DNA of 64,000 bases from contig CAZEKH010000004.1 of assembly GCA_964512925.1 (NCBI GenBank), positions 2,431 through 66,430 on the forward strand, read 5' to 3'. Below the pieces are notes generated by a model. The model was not told where the DNA came from and ran no database searches. It was given only the letters and a program-made list of their open reading frames with translations. The first letter of the stretch is position 1, and the number at the start of each line of letters is the position of its first letter. The position numbers were made by a program, and so were the translations under genes. This DNA comes from an uncultured Candidatus Saccharibacteria bacterium (GTDB lineage: Bacteria; Patescibacteriota; Doudnabacteria; UBA920). Shown here piece after piece: positions 9,786 to 18,794 of the stretch.

Positions 9786-10294
9786 TCAATTTAAGTAACA
9801 AAAAAACTCTCTAAGTGAGAGTATGGGGGAAGAGGGCCGCTTGGTAGCAGCCCTCTTTTCGCGCCGGGAAGCAAGTCTGGCCAGAAGCCACGGGGCGGCT
9901 TCGTAGACCAGATAAAATGATGCCGAGGCAGTCAGAGACGAATAAGCAAGCGTCTCTTGGGCTGAAATCGCGAACATCCGCGGCAGGCAGACAACCAGTC
10001 CGCCTTGCACGGAAAATTCGGTCACTTCAGCGGGCCATGACTTTTTCAGTGTAGCCCATATAACTGCCCAAAAACCTTTTTCTGGTTCCCGGGTCTTTGT
10101 GTCGTAGTAGAGCGAGCCGTAGAATACGGCCATTTCTACAAGCATCGCAATACCTGCGATCACGGTTTCAGTTAAACCGAGGGTAGCAAGCCCTAAAACT
10201 ACCACTTGCGTGGCAGCCAGGGTTTTCCCTTCGGTAAAAAAAACGAAAGTTGCCTTTTTGCGCAGGGCTGTTACCCCGCGCCCAAAATAGGCAT
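9786..10294 (-). pseudogene. hypothetical membrane protein, apparent frameshift near the N-terminus
   Basis: SD GGAAAGGAGG and ATG at 10294 give MPILGAG*; one extra G in the run at 10274-10277 would join this to the long frame ending at 9786. Confidence 0.45.
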
Positions 10295-10396
10295 ACGACC
10301 TCCTTTCCGCGTCGTTGTGTGTATAATATCAAAAACAACATCCTGATGTCCATTTGGATGTTGTTTTCAATCTTCAATCTTCAATCTGAAATTAGT

Positions 10397-11689
10397 CTAT
10401 AATCTCGAAATATCCCTAGGATAAAAAATGTCTATGGTCCAGTCCAAAACCACCCGGATTTTTTTGGCCAGACCCGGGATTTTGCTGAGGTAAATGGTGC
10501 GCCACACCCACCAGGCTAGGTGTCCATAAAAAGGCAGACCAAAAATTTCCGCAGCGGCTTTCCATTTGCCTAAAGAGACCAGCTGGCCTTTTTCTTTGTA
10601 AGCAAAGGGCTTAAGTTTTTTGCCCTGTATCAGCCTGGCAATGTTTCTAGCTACCTGTTTCCCTGAGGCTTCCGCAGCCTGGGCGCTTTGCGGCCAGGAG
10701 GTTTTTTCGCACGGGACTTGCGCCATATCTCCGGCGGAAAAAATATTTTCTTTGCTTTCAACTTGTAAAAATTGGTTAACTATCAGCTGGCCTGACGGCG
10801 AAGCTTTTGTCTTGGTAATGAAATTTGTGGAGTTAGGTTTTACTCCCACAGCGGAGATGACTGTTTTGGTGGGTATGGTTTCTCCGGTTTTAAGCCTGAC
10901 ACTTTCAGGAAACTGTTGGGAAATTTCAGTATTGAGTAAAAAAGTAAAGTGTTGTTTTTTTGTAAGCATCTCCCGGGCTTTTACACTGATTTTTTTGTGA
11001 AAGCGGGGCAGGATTCGGCCACTGCGGTGGATGAGAAAAACTTTTGGCTCACTGGGCGAGATTTCCGGAAAATTGTTTAAAAGATCGGAAAAGAATTCTT
11101 CTATTTCCGCGCTTAGCTCAATTCCGGTGGGGCCGGCTCCTACCACTATAAAATTTAGTTCAGCTTTGCGGTCAATGGAATTTTTTGGCAGCGCCGATGC
11201 TCTGCCAAAACAAGCAATGATATGGTTTTTGAGTTTTCTGGCGTCTTCCAGGGTTTTAAGGCCAAAAGTCATCTGGGGTTCAAAATTTTTCCAGTCATTT
11301 TTAGAGCCTAAAGCCAAAAGCAAAAAGTCGTAAGGGATATTTCCCCTGGAAGTTTCTATTTCTTTTTGTTCTTCGTTGACGCTTAAAACTTCGCCAAATA
11401 CAAACTTGATATTGTTTCCCAAAATCTGTCTCAGCGGTTGGATGATGTTTGACTGGTTAACCGAGCCGGTTGCTACCTCGTGAAGCAGGGGAGTAAAGAG
11501 AAAATAGTTTTCTTTGGAGATTAGAGTAATTTCTATTTCATCATTCCTCTCCCTGTTATGGGGGAGGTTAGGTGGGGGTTGAATCTGAGTGTTTACCAAT
11601 CTGCCTCCAAATATCTTTTTTAACTCCAAAGCCGCATACACTCCGGCAAACCCTCCGCCCACAATGACAATTTTTTTCGTTTGATTCAT
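10397..11689 (-). CDS. ndh: type II NADH dehydrogenase (NDH-2 family)
   Basis: IVIVGGGFAG, FTPLLHEVATG, VVGAGPTGIELSAE, AGD, PQSAQAA, KGQLVSLG, WRTIYLSKIPG. Confidence 0.9.
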   Translation of the reverse strand: MNQTKKIVIVGGGFAGVYAALELKKIFGGRLVNTQIQPPPNLPHNRERNDEIEITLISKENYFLFTPLLHEVATGSVNQSNIIQPLRQILGNNIKFVFGEVLSVNEEQKEIETSRGNIPYDFLLLALGSKNDWKNFEPQMTFGLKTLEDARKLKNHIIACFGRASALPKNSIDRKAELNFIVVGAGPTGIELSAEIEEFFSDLLNNFPEISPSEPKVFLIHRSGRILPRFHKKISVKAREMLTKKQHFTFLLNTEISQQFPESVRLKTGETIPTKTVISAVGVKPNSTNFITKTKASPSGQLIVNQFLQVESKENIFSAGDMAQVPCEKTSWPQSAQAAEASGKQVARNIARLIQGKKLKPFAYKEKGQLVSLGKWKAAAEIFGLPFYGHLAWWVWRTIYLSKIPGLAKKIRVVLDWTIDIFYPRDISRL

Positions 11690-11736
11690 ATCTATATTAT
11701 ACATTAAAACCGATTATTTATTTTTTCAGTTCTTTT

Positions 11737-11771
11737 TCCTCCCCTTAAAGTAAGGGGAGGTTAGGAGGGGA
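11737..11771. repeat. purine/pyrimidine-biased palindromic element (DUF559-flank type)
   Basis: CCTCCCCTT-AAAGT-AAGGGGAGG-TTAGGAGGGG; same design as 27935-27974. Confidence 0.75.
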
Positions 11772-11845
11772 TATGTTTCAGTAACTATGAATTTCGAATA
11801 TTTTTTAAATAAGTAATGTTATTTTTCAAATGAAAAAGCCGCGGT

Positions 11846-12238
11846 TTACTCGCGGCTGTGGGTAGGCCTTGGAACAGCGTCCAGGCCTTGTTCTAAGATG
11901 AAATTTTTTAGTCCCTCCGGGACGTTTCTGGTTCCTGGCAGCGCCAGAAACCAGAGATGCTGTGGGTACCACTGCGCGGTTACCCACTGCACTTCCGCCC
12001 AAGCCTGGGCAGAGAGGTTTGCGGAAGTTAGGTCTACGACCAGCACTTCCGACCCCTCCAAAGGCCAGCCCGTGCAAAGCGCTTGCCGCGCTTCGTCTCG
12101 GGTGGCAAGTTCCCCGGATATGACGATCCGGGTGAACTCTCCTTCTTTCCTCACAACTTTACGCGACCAAGTTCTGGTCAAGCGTATGTAAAGAGGGCGG
12201 AAAAAGAGAAAAATTACAAAAACTATAATATAATTCAT
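11846..12238 (-). CDS. hypothetical protein
   Basis: GGAGG SD before ATG 12238, upstream TGGACA promoter-like element, hairpin at the 3' end. Confidence 0.55.
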   Translation of the reverse strand: MNYIIVFVIFLFFRPLYIRLTRTWSRKVVRKEGEFTRIVISGELATRDEARQALCTGWPLEGSEVLVVDLTSANLSAQAWAEVQWVTAQWYPQHLWFLALPGTRNVPEGLKNFILEQGLDAVPRPTHSRE

Positions 12239-12457
12239 CTTCCTCCACTTCAAAAGACTGATTTATATTATACCACAAATACATATTTTTGTCCAGGAAA
12301 AAATGGCAGTTTTGCCATAGTTTTTTTCTAAACCACCTAAAAAATGATATAATTAAAACATACGCTTTTCCCCTTCTTTTTCCCTCCCTTGATGGGAGGG
12401 AGCCAAAGGCGTAAGTCTAAATAATATTATAGTATTTATTTTAAAAATCTTGTTTAT

Positions 12458-12727
12458 ATGGATAAAAGAGAAATTACAAAGCCTAGTAATGAAATTCCAA
12501 AACCCGATATTTTAGAAGTAAATCGGTTGATTAGGGGATTTGAAGAAGTAGAAAAAATGTCGGAATCTATGCGACATGGTACTGTTCACCCTTCCAAACT
12601 CCTACTCCAGCATCTTCTGCGATCACAAAAAAACCCAGAAGATTATAAGGGTGTTGATTTCACCAAAGTCAGGTCTCATCTAGAATATGGATGCTTTACA
12701 TGCGCCTCGCATAATTTTGAAGAATAA
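12458..12727 (+). CDS. hypothetical protein
   Basis: 89-aa ORF with C-terminal H-x4-C-x2-C, possibly zinc-binding. Confidence 0.45.
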   Translation: MDKREITKPSNEIPKPDILEVNRLIRGFEEVEKMSESMRHGTVHPSKLLLQHLLRSQKNPEDYKGVDFTKVRSHLEYGCFTCASHNFEE

Positions 12728-12967
12728 AATGCTTTCTTAGTTTTTTAAACTAAGTTGGAGAAACCAATTAAAACAAGCGCAGCATAGATTAAGTGTGACT
12801 TTTAAATTATGAATTTTAAAAAAAACCGCTTTGGGCGGTTTTTTATTATCTAAACTCACTAGAGAAAACAATGGGGGAATTACCTATTGTTTATTGTTTA
12901 AGGGTCTGGACAAGTAACTAATTTACTGATATTATTAGCTGTTCTTACAGCTTGGGACGGAGGAGTT

Positions 12968-13201
12968 ATGAAAACCAGTGAACTGTGTGGGTTTGTGTTG
13001 TTGGTTTGCTGTTGCGTTTTTACTGTGGTACTAGTTAAGACCGAAACAGCCTCCATGTTGGAGGAGCAACAAAAAGCCACAGAAAGAATAAGGATCGAGA
13101 ATGTACGGTTGGCTTCTCGCCAACTGGAAACGGAGCGATACATGCACTCAATCGGGTGCATAACTCTGGATTGTGCTATCAGCAAGGCGATGAAGCATTG
13201 A
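12968..13201 (+). CDS. small membrane-anchored hypothetical protein
   Basis: GGAGGAG SD, N-terminal TM helix. Confidence 0.5.
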   Translation: MKTSELCGFVLLVCCCVFTVVLVKTETASMLEEQQKATERIRIENVRLASRQLETERYMHSIGCITLDCAISKAMKH

Positions 13202-13333
13202 GCTGAAGCGCTAAATAAACATCCCAATTATCCTGTTTTTAAACAGGCCGCTCGCGCGACGGATTTCGTGCTTTTTTTAATGTTAAATTTATTTCTTATA
13301 AACAATTGGGGGAATTACCCATTGTTTTAAGCA

Positions 13334-13362
13334 TTGAAAAAACCCTAGAAAAATGCTAGGAT
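13334..13362 (+). promoter_or_regulatory. sigma70-type promoter of ssrA
   Basis: TTGAAA-17 bp-TAGGAT with TG extension, 9 bp before the tmRNA 5' end. Confidence 0.65.
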
Positions 13363-13371
13363 ATAGGCCTT

Positions 13372-13765
13372 GGGGATGACGGTTTTTGACAGGTCTTTGA
13401 CATCTTTTTATATGCAAGGCGAGCTAGTCTGTAGCCTCGTAAATCCTACGGACATCAACAAATGCTGTTGAAACCTCTTGGAACAAAGTTGTTAAAGCTT
13501 TTGCTTTAGCTGATTTTGCTCCTGTTGCTGCTTAATAAAGTAGCAACACATACCCTTTCCCCAATTCCGGGAAAGACCAGTATGCTTATTTGGAATTTGC
13601 GGTTTTAAGGTTTGATTTGCACTTTAAAACCAAAGGCATTGTAAATCAATTTCAATGAATTTTCGCCAGACTTTGTTCATTGAAATATCAAGTTTGGCTA
13701 ACCTTGTGAACAATGGAAAGATTGAGAAGTTCTGGACCCGGGTTTAACTCCCGGCATCTCCACCA
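13372..13765 (+). ncRNA. ssrA: tmRNA
   Basis: 5' GGGGATGAC...TTGACAGG, 3' T-arm CCGGG-TTTAACT-CCCGG and ATCTCCACCA with an Ala-type G-U acceptor; tag frame 13464-13535 AVETSWNKVVKAFALADFAPVAA followed by tandem TAA; smpB is in the window. Confidence 0.95.
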
Positions 13766-15293
13766 TATTAGTTTTTGAGGTGTTAACTTGTGTTAATGCC
13801 TCTAAGACAAGCGGTAATTTTGGTGTTCCAAAGCCTGTGAATTTGTCGTATGATAATCCTTTGTTAAAGTAAACGTTCAAAAGTGTTCTTTTCTCAATGA
13901 TTTCAGGGCTGTTCCAGTGATTTAGAGGGTGTTCCAAATAGCCAAAGACCAATTGTAGAGCTTTTAAAAAATCTTGTGTATTATACTGCTGAATTTTACC
14001 CGCCGATTCAATGGCGGTTTTTTGTTTGAGTAAATTTTCTAACTCAATTTCGTAATGGCGAATAAGCGTTTGATTAGAAGTTTCAGAAATTCTTTGGGTT
14101 AGATTGCTAATCTTGGTGTTAAATTCGTTTATTTGTTTCAAATTTGCCTCTTGATTGCTAATTTCGCCATTTTGCCTTTTTTGCCACACATCAAGGAGTA
14201 TAGCTTCGGCTAGCTTTAAAATTTGAGTTTTGGGGGTAAGTTTCGCAAGCAGTATTTCAAAGTCTTTATGGACTTCTGTTTGTCGTAAGGTTTTATTGCG
14301 GTTTGAGCAAAACGGATACTTACACCAGTAGTGGGGGTAAAGAGTGCCGAGTTTGCCTTTATGCCAACTTGCAGTCATTGCTCTATTGCAGTTTGGACAA
14401 AGTAAATAATTCCTTAAAGGAAAATCAGCACTAAGGTCTTGGCGCATTTGCGGTTTAAGTCTAGTTTGTAATCGGGTTTTAACTGCTTGTAAAGTTTCGA
14501 AAGAAATAAACCCTTTATGTTTAGCTTTTCTAAAATCAACATCCCAATTTTTATATTCCAAATAGCCGGCATAAAGCGGATTAATCAAAATAGTTTTGGT
14601 TGCGTCTGCGCTTAAACTTTTCTTTAAGCCCTTAAGTTTATATTGTTCAAGTATAAATTGTCTGACTGCTTCAATGGTGTTAAGTTCGTAATCTCTAAAT
14701 TTTTCTATGGCTTGTTTGTAAATTACAGAAAATACCCCGTCAGGAGCTAATATATTGCCCTCGTGATCTTTTCTTTGGAATTTTAAGCCAGGTGGAGCGT
14801 GAAATGCCCAGTAGCCAAGTTCTAGCCTAGCTTTTTGTTTTTGGATAACTTGCCTGCGATTTTGTTCTCGTTCTAACTGTGAGGTGGCGGCAATAATATT
14901 TTCTACAAAAATTCCTTCAGGGGTTTCTTCAAACTTAAAATTTAAACACTCCAACTTAGCCAATCTTGAACCAAATTCTTTTTTTAGCTTTAAATGAACT
15001 TCTATATCTCTTGCAAATCTTTTTATGTCGTCAAATATAACAACGAACTTTTCTGAACTATTTTTGTCTAAAAACTTTAATACTTCTTTCATTGCAGGGC
15101 GTTCAAATAATCCGCCTGAAACACCTTCGTCTCGGAATATTTTTATAACTTCTAAGCCTTTAGCTAGGGCGTAAGCAATACACCTGTGCTCTTGGCTTTC
15201 TAAACCGCTACCCTCGGAAACTTGCTGGCCAGAAGATACACGGCAATAAATTAAGGCTTTTTGGTATTCATTTAGGTTTGTGTTGTTTTTCAT
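13698..15293 (-). CDS. large serine recombinase (integrase)
   Basis: ALIYCRVSS catalytic motif, FRDEGVSG, RP, DDIKRFAR, NPLYAG recombinase domain, CPNC/WCKYPFC zinc ribbon, coiled coil; 3' end runs antisense into ssrA. Confidence 0.93.
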   Translation of the reverse strand: MKNNTNLNEYQKALIYCRVSSGQQVSEGSGLESQEHRCIAYALAKGLEVIKIFRDEGVSGGLFERPAMKEVLKFLDKNSSEKFVVIFDDIKRFARDIEVHLKLKKEFGSRLAKLECLNFKFEETPEGIFVENIIAATSQLEREQNRRQVIQKQKARLELGYWAFHAPPGLKFQRKDHEGNILAPDGVFSVIYKQAIEKFRDYELNTIEAVRQFILEQYKLKGLKKSLSADATKTILINPLYAGYLEYKNWDVDFRKAKHKGFISFETLQAVKTRLQTRLKPQMRQDLSADFPLRNYLLCPNCNRAMTASWHKGKLGTLYPHYWCKYPFCSNRNKTLRQTEVHKDFEILLAKLTPKTQILKLAEAILLDVWQKRQNGEISNQEANLKQINEFNTKISNLTQRISETSNQTLIRHYEIELENLLKQKTAIESAGKIQQYNTQDFLKALQLVFGYLEHPLNHWNSPEIIEKRTLLNVYFNKGLSYDKFTGFGTPKLPLVLEALTQVNTSKTNMVEMPGVKPGSRTSQSFHCSQG

Positions 15294-15411
15294 ATGTGTT
15301 ATCAAGAATATTGGTAATTATAAAATACAGGGAATTTCTAATTTCCTCAACTTGCTTGTCGGTTAAGTCAAGCCCTATAAGATATTTTTTACATTCTTTT
15401 ACACTCAACAT
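15268..15411 (-). CDS. 47-aa small protein overlapping the recombinase start (possible accessory or directionality factor)
   Basis: MLSVKECKKYLIGLDLTDKQVEEIRNSLYFIITNILDNTYEKQHKPK*; below the ORF-track cutoff. Confidence 0.55.
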   Translation of the reverse strand: MLSVKECKKYLIGLDLTDKQVEEIRNSLYFIITNILDNTYEKQHKPK

Positions 15412-15467
15412 TGCTTTATGTATGTTATAATAGGCTTGCTAATTATTAACCCAGAAAGGCAAAATCT

Positions 15468-15614
15468 ATGATTACAAATCAAGGGAAATTGCTCGAAATG
15501 GCTGTTGAAATTACCAAAGAATATGCCAGAAGCGGAGAAGCCAAAAGTGGTGCCGTGCAGACAGTTCTTGAAGAAGTTTTTAACAAGCTTGTAGAGCTAA
15601 ACACCAAAGGCTAG
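15468..15614 (+). CDS. 48-aa small helical protein
   Basis: TGTTATAAT extended -10, AGAAAGG SD, MITNQGKLLEMAVEITKEYARSG...LEEVFNKLVELNTKG*, terminator 15633-15660. Confidence 0.6.
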   Translation: MITNQGKLLEMAVEITKEYARSGEAKSGAVQTVLEEVFNKLVELNTKG

Positions 15615-15659
15615 TGGTATTATTATGTTTTAAAAGCGATTCGTAATTACGGGTCGCTT

Positions 15660-16437
15660 TTAAGTTTTTAACAAACTATCGACTTGAAAACCGTCTGGAA
15701 AAATCATGTCTACCTGTTTAACATTTTTCCCGTCAGGGGTTGTGTATTCAGCTTTTTTAATTACACATTGCGTTACGTCAATTTTTTTATTTAATTCTTC
15801 TATAGACTCTGGGTTTCGTATAACTACGGGTTTTTTTAAATTGCGGGAGGAGTAAAATCTTTTGGCAAATTTTTTGTGTTTTTCGCCCATGTCTTTTTGA
15901 ATGTATTTAGAAATATAATTAGCTAAGTGTTCTAAATTTTTTGTTGATTCATTAAAAATAAATCCTTGTCCCCAAATTTCAGTAAGAACTTTGTGAGGGT
16001 CTTTAAGGATTGGGATATTAAAAAGTACAACATGATAATGCACCGCACCACGTTTTTGGTATTCTGGGACTGCAATATAGGCTAAATTATTTTTGATTTT
16101 TGACATAGTAATTAAGCCTTTTTAAAAAGTTTTTAAATATAATATTTGCCTCCTTTAAATCTTGAATATTTTCAGCGAAAGTTAAGGTTAAAAATTGGGG
16201 AACAAATCGCTTTTTTGTTTGGGGGTTAAAGTACTGCCAACCATTGCACCAAATTAACCGTTTTAAAGCACTCTTGGCTTTTCTTGCGCTCTCTTCAGGG
16301 TTGGCTAATTTTTCGTAAATAATTTTATTTACATGAGGCTTTTGGTTTACACTAAAGGCGTAACCAATTGGCCTGTCGTATTCTTGAATGGTTATTTTAG
16401 AACCTGTGATTATTAATATTTTATTTGTTATTTTCAT
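15660..16437 (-). pseudogene. HUH rolling-circle replication initiator, split by a 7-bp duplication
   Basis: Motif 1 FLTLTF in the 5' part; EYQKRGAVHYH (motif 2) and YISKY (motif 3) in the 3' part; removing one TCAAAAA copy at 16090-16103 gives one 256-aa ORF. Confidence 0.85.
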
Positions 16438-16451
16438 CGCCTTATGTTTCT

Positions 16452-16506
16452 TTAATATCAAGTAATACAGAGAGCCGGGCGGCCGCCATTTTGGCGGCGC
16501 GCCCGG
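16452..16506 (-). promoter_or_regulatory. putative double-strand origin (nick site plus GC hairpin)
   Basis: Minus strand ACTTGATATTAA (CTTG^ATA core of phiX174/pC194 origins) next to the hairpin CCGGGCGGCCGCCA...TGGCGGCGCGCCCGG, just upstream of rep. Confidence 0.7.
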
Positions 16507-16688
16507 GCACCCATCTGCCGTATAGGCACCGTGGTTGACACCGGGTAAGTCAGAGCCACGCGGAACCCGGTTTATGTGCCTGCCGGCATGACCGTAAACC
16601 TGCTCCGTGCGAACCCAACAAAAAACCTAGGGGTTAACCTAGGTGAAGCATACAGAGCAAAGTTTGGGAAAGTTGGGGAAAATATTGA

Positions 16689-17582
16689 TTACAAAAAAAG
16701 CTCGTTAATACGCACTGTTCCTGCTCTTTCGGAGGTGGCGATTAAAAAATCTTTATTTGCCCCCGGGAGCTTTTCTGTAATTAACTTAGGAATTTTTGCA
16801 TTAATACGAATGCAAATATCATAATATTTACGCCATTTGCTTTTACTTTTATCATAATCATAGTCACCGAAAGCATTTTCAGCGATATCTGCATACGGAA
16901 TTGTTTTTCCCAAAGATTTTCTATCTGAAAATATATATTCTAAAAGCCGATTTTCGTTTGTGTTTGCTTTTCGAGGCTTTATAACAATCCGTTTACCTTT
17001 TAAAATAAGAATACCGTTAATATATTCAAGCTTTAGAAGTTTTTCTTCTTGTGATTTTTGAACAACTTCCTGAACATCAGGGTTAGCCAGCTGTCTGAGC
17101 AAATACCTATGAACTTTTTGCCATTTTGCTTTAATATCTTTTTCGTAAGTGTGATAGTAGTTATTTTTAGAAGTTTCGTTTTTATATAATTCCCAAATAC
17201 CTAACTGAATTCTATCCCAAATACTTTGGTGTTTATTTTTTTTTATATACTCAATTTCTTCTCCAAGAGTTCCTTTTTTTAGACTGTCTTCTGCCTCAGT
17301 AGCAAATACTAACTCCATATAGTCTTCCGAGCAGTTGGTGTAAAGTTTTTCGCCCAAGATTTTTTGCATTATTTCATACTCTTTTTCGTTTCTGGCTTTT
17401 GGTATTTTGTGTCTAGCGCTTCTTAAATCTTGATGCTCATTTTCAATCATCTTTTTTAGCAAAGGCGTTTTTTCAACAAATTTAACATAAGCACCTATCT
17501 TTAAAATGAAATCAAAAGAGACAGGGAGGTTTATTCCTCTATTGTAAATTTTCTTAAGCTTTTCTTCGGTTTTTGTAGGCAT
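16689..17582 (-). CDS. hypothetical protein with possible C-terminal winged-helix DNA-binding domain
   Basis: 297 aa; RLLEYIF...IPYADIAENAFG...YYDICIRINAKI resembles a wHTH. Confidence 0.6.
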   Translation of the reverse strand: MPTKTEEKLKKIYNRGINLPVSFDFILKIGAYVKFVEKTPLLKKMIENEHQDLRSARHKIPKARNEKEYEIMQKILGEKLYTNCSEDYMELVFATEAEDSLKKGTLGEEIEYIKKNKHQSIWDRIQLGIWELYKNETSKNNYYHTYEKDIKAKWQKVHRYLLRQLANPDVQEVVQKSQEEKLLKLEYINGILILKGKRIVIKPRKANTNENRLLEYIFSDRKSLGKTIPYADIAENAFGDYDYDKSKSKWRKYYDICIRINAKIPKLITEKLPGANKDFLIATSERAGTVRINELFL

Positions 17583-17631
17583 AACTGGATTATAACAGCG
17601 AAATTTGCTATATTTTAAGTATAACTAAATA

Positions 17632-17769
17632 GCCTAAACCTGAGCAATCGGGCATGGCACAAAAAAATCTCAAGACGATACTGAACCCCGCGTTCAGCTA
17701 TTCGTCTTGAGTCATACCCGAAAGGGTATGGGGTGTAAAAGCCCGGCTGACACGGGGCTTTGTGTTTTT
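17632..17769 (+). ncRNA. putative structured RNA/leader, copy A
   Basis: Several hairpins incl. GAAA tetraloop; core shared with 20306-20399. Confidence 0.45.
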
Positions 17770-17782
17770 ATAAAAAAAATTT

Positions 17783-18286
17783 ATGATTGAACTAATATTA
17801 TTTATTGCACTGATTTTCATTATTTTTGGGGTCATTGCATTCTTCATTAACCTTATCAAAAAACACTCATTTTCTGATACCATTTTTCAAAACGCCTATT
17901 ACAAAAAACAGTATTTAATTACTAAAGCCGAACACCAGTTTTTTAATATTCTGCAAGAAATAGTTCGGGACAAATACTATGTTTTTCCACAAATCCATTT
18001 AGCCAGTTTGCTTGAAGTAAAAAACAGTGAGAAAAATTGGAGATCCTATTTCAATAAAATAATCCGCAAATCCGTTGACTTCGTTATTTGCGACAAACAA
18101 TATTTAAAGCCACTGCTCGTCATTGAGCTAGACGACCTTACTCATTATCGTTATAAGAGGCAAGATCGAGACCAGTTTGTAAATCAAGCATTAGAATCTG
18201 TAGGGCTAAAATGCCTTCATATACGTACATCTTACTCTTATAATTTGGAGGAACTAAAAAGCCAAGTATTGCAGGGATTGTTATAA
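17783..18286 (+). CDS. DUF2726-domain membrane protein
   Basis: TM helix then LITKAEHQFF...VFPQIHLASLL...KSVDFVICD...LVIELDDLTH...RDQFVNQAL. Confidence 0.85.
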   Translation: MIELILFIALIFIIFGVIAFFINLIKKHSFSDTIFQNAYYKKQYLITKAEHQFFNILQEIVRDKYYVFPQIHLASLLEVKNSEKNWRSYFNKIIRKSVDFVICDKQYLKPLLVIELDDLTHYRYKRQDRDQFVNQALESVGLKCLHIRTSYSYNLEELKSQVLQGLL

Positions 18287-18311
18287 AAGTGCTTAACATA
18301 TTTTTATAAAA

Positions 18312-18340
18312 TTGACTTTATTTACGCATAGTTTTATACT
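18312..18340 (+). promoter_or_regulatory. sigma70 promoter
   Basis: TTGACT-17 bp-TATACT. Confidence 0.65.
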
Positions 18341-18377
18341 TGGGTGAAAGAATATTTTAATGTAAAAGGCTAAATTA

Positions 18378-18794
18378 GTGGCGGAAGATCAAAAAAAATA
18401 TAAATACGAAAGCGATGAACAAATATTTAAGGAGTTGTTTGTCGGTTTTGATGATTTCTTTAAACCCATTTTTGAAAGTTTTTCCATAAGCAAAAAAACT
18501 TTTGTGCTGCAAGTAGTAAATTTTATTTTAATATTTTATTGGTTTTATTTACTATTAGGTGATGCACCAGACAGATTACTTACTAAAATTAATGGAAGTG
18601 GCGTACTGGGAATGAGACTTTTATTACTAGTTGTAGTTGTGTGTGGAATCTCGTTAATTACCAAAAATAAAATTTTAAGATGGCAGACACTATTTATGAC
18701 AAAGTATGAATTGACCCAAAGTTATTTTTGGAGAATCTTGTTTCTAGTAGCACTAACATATTTTGGTAATAAAATTTATGCAAAAAGACATTAA
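18378..18794 (+). CDS. hypothetical membrane protein (island cargo)
   Basis: 138 aa, ~3 hydrophobic segments. Confidence 0.6.
   Translation: MAEDQKKYKYESDEQIFKELFVGFDDFFKPIFESFSISKKTFVLQVVNFILIFYWFYLLLGDAPDRLLTKINGSGVLGMRLLLLVVVVCGISLITKNKILRWQTLFMTKYELTQSYFWRILFLVALTYFGNKIYAKRH

Noticed and set aside
15299-15306. Second CTTGATA on the minus strand as a replication terminator
   Set aside because: Only a 7-bp match in AT-rich coding sequence with no adjacent hairpin; plausible by chance.
16576-16824. 82-aa ORF across the origin region
   Set aside because: Overlaps the structured origin and the opposite-strand gene; no SD or motif.
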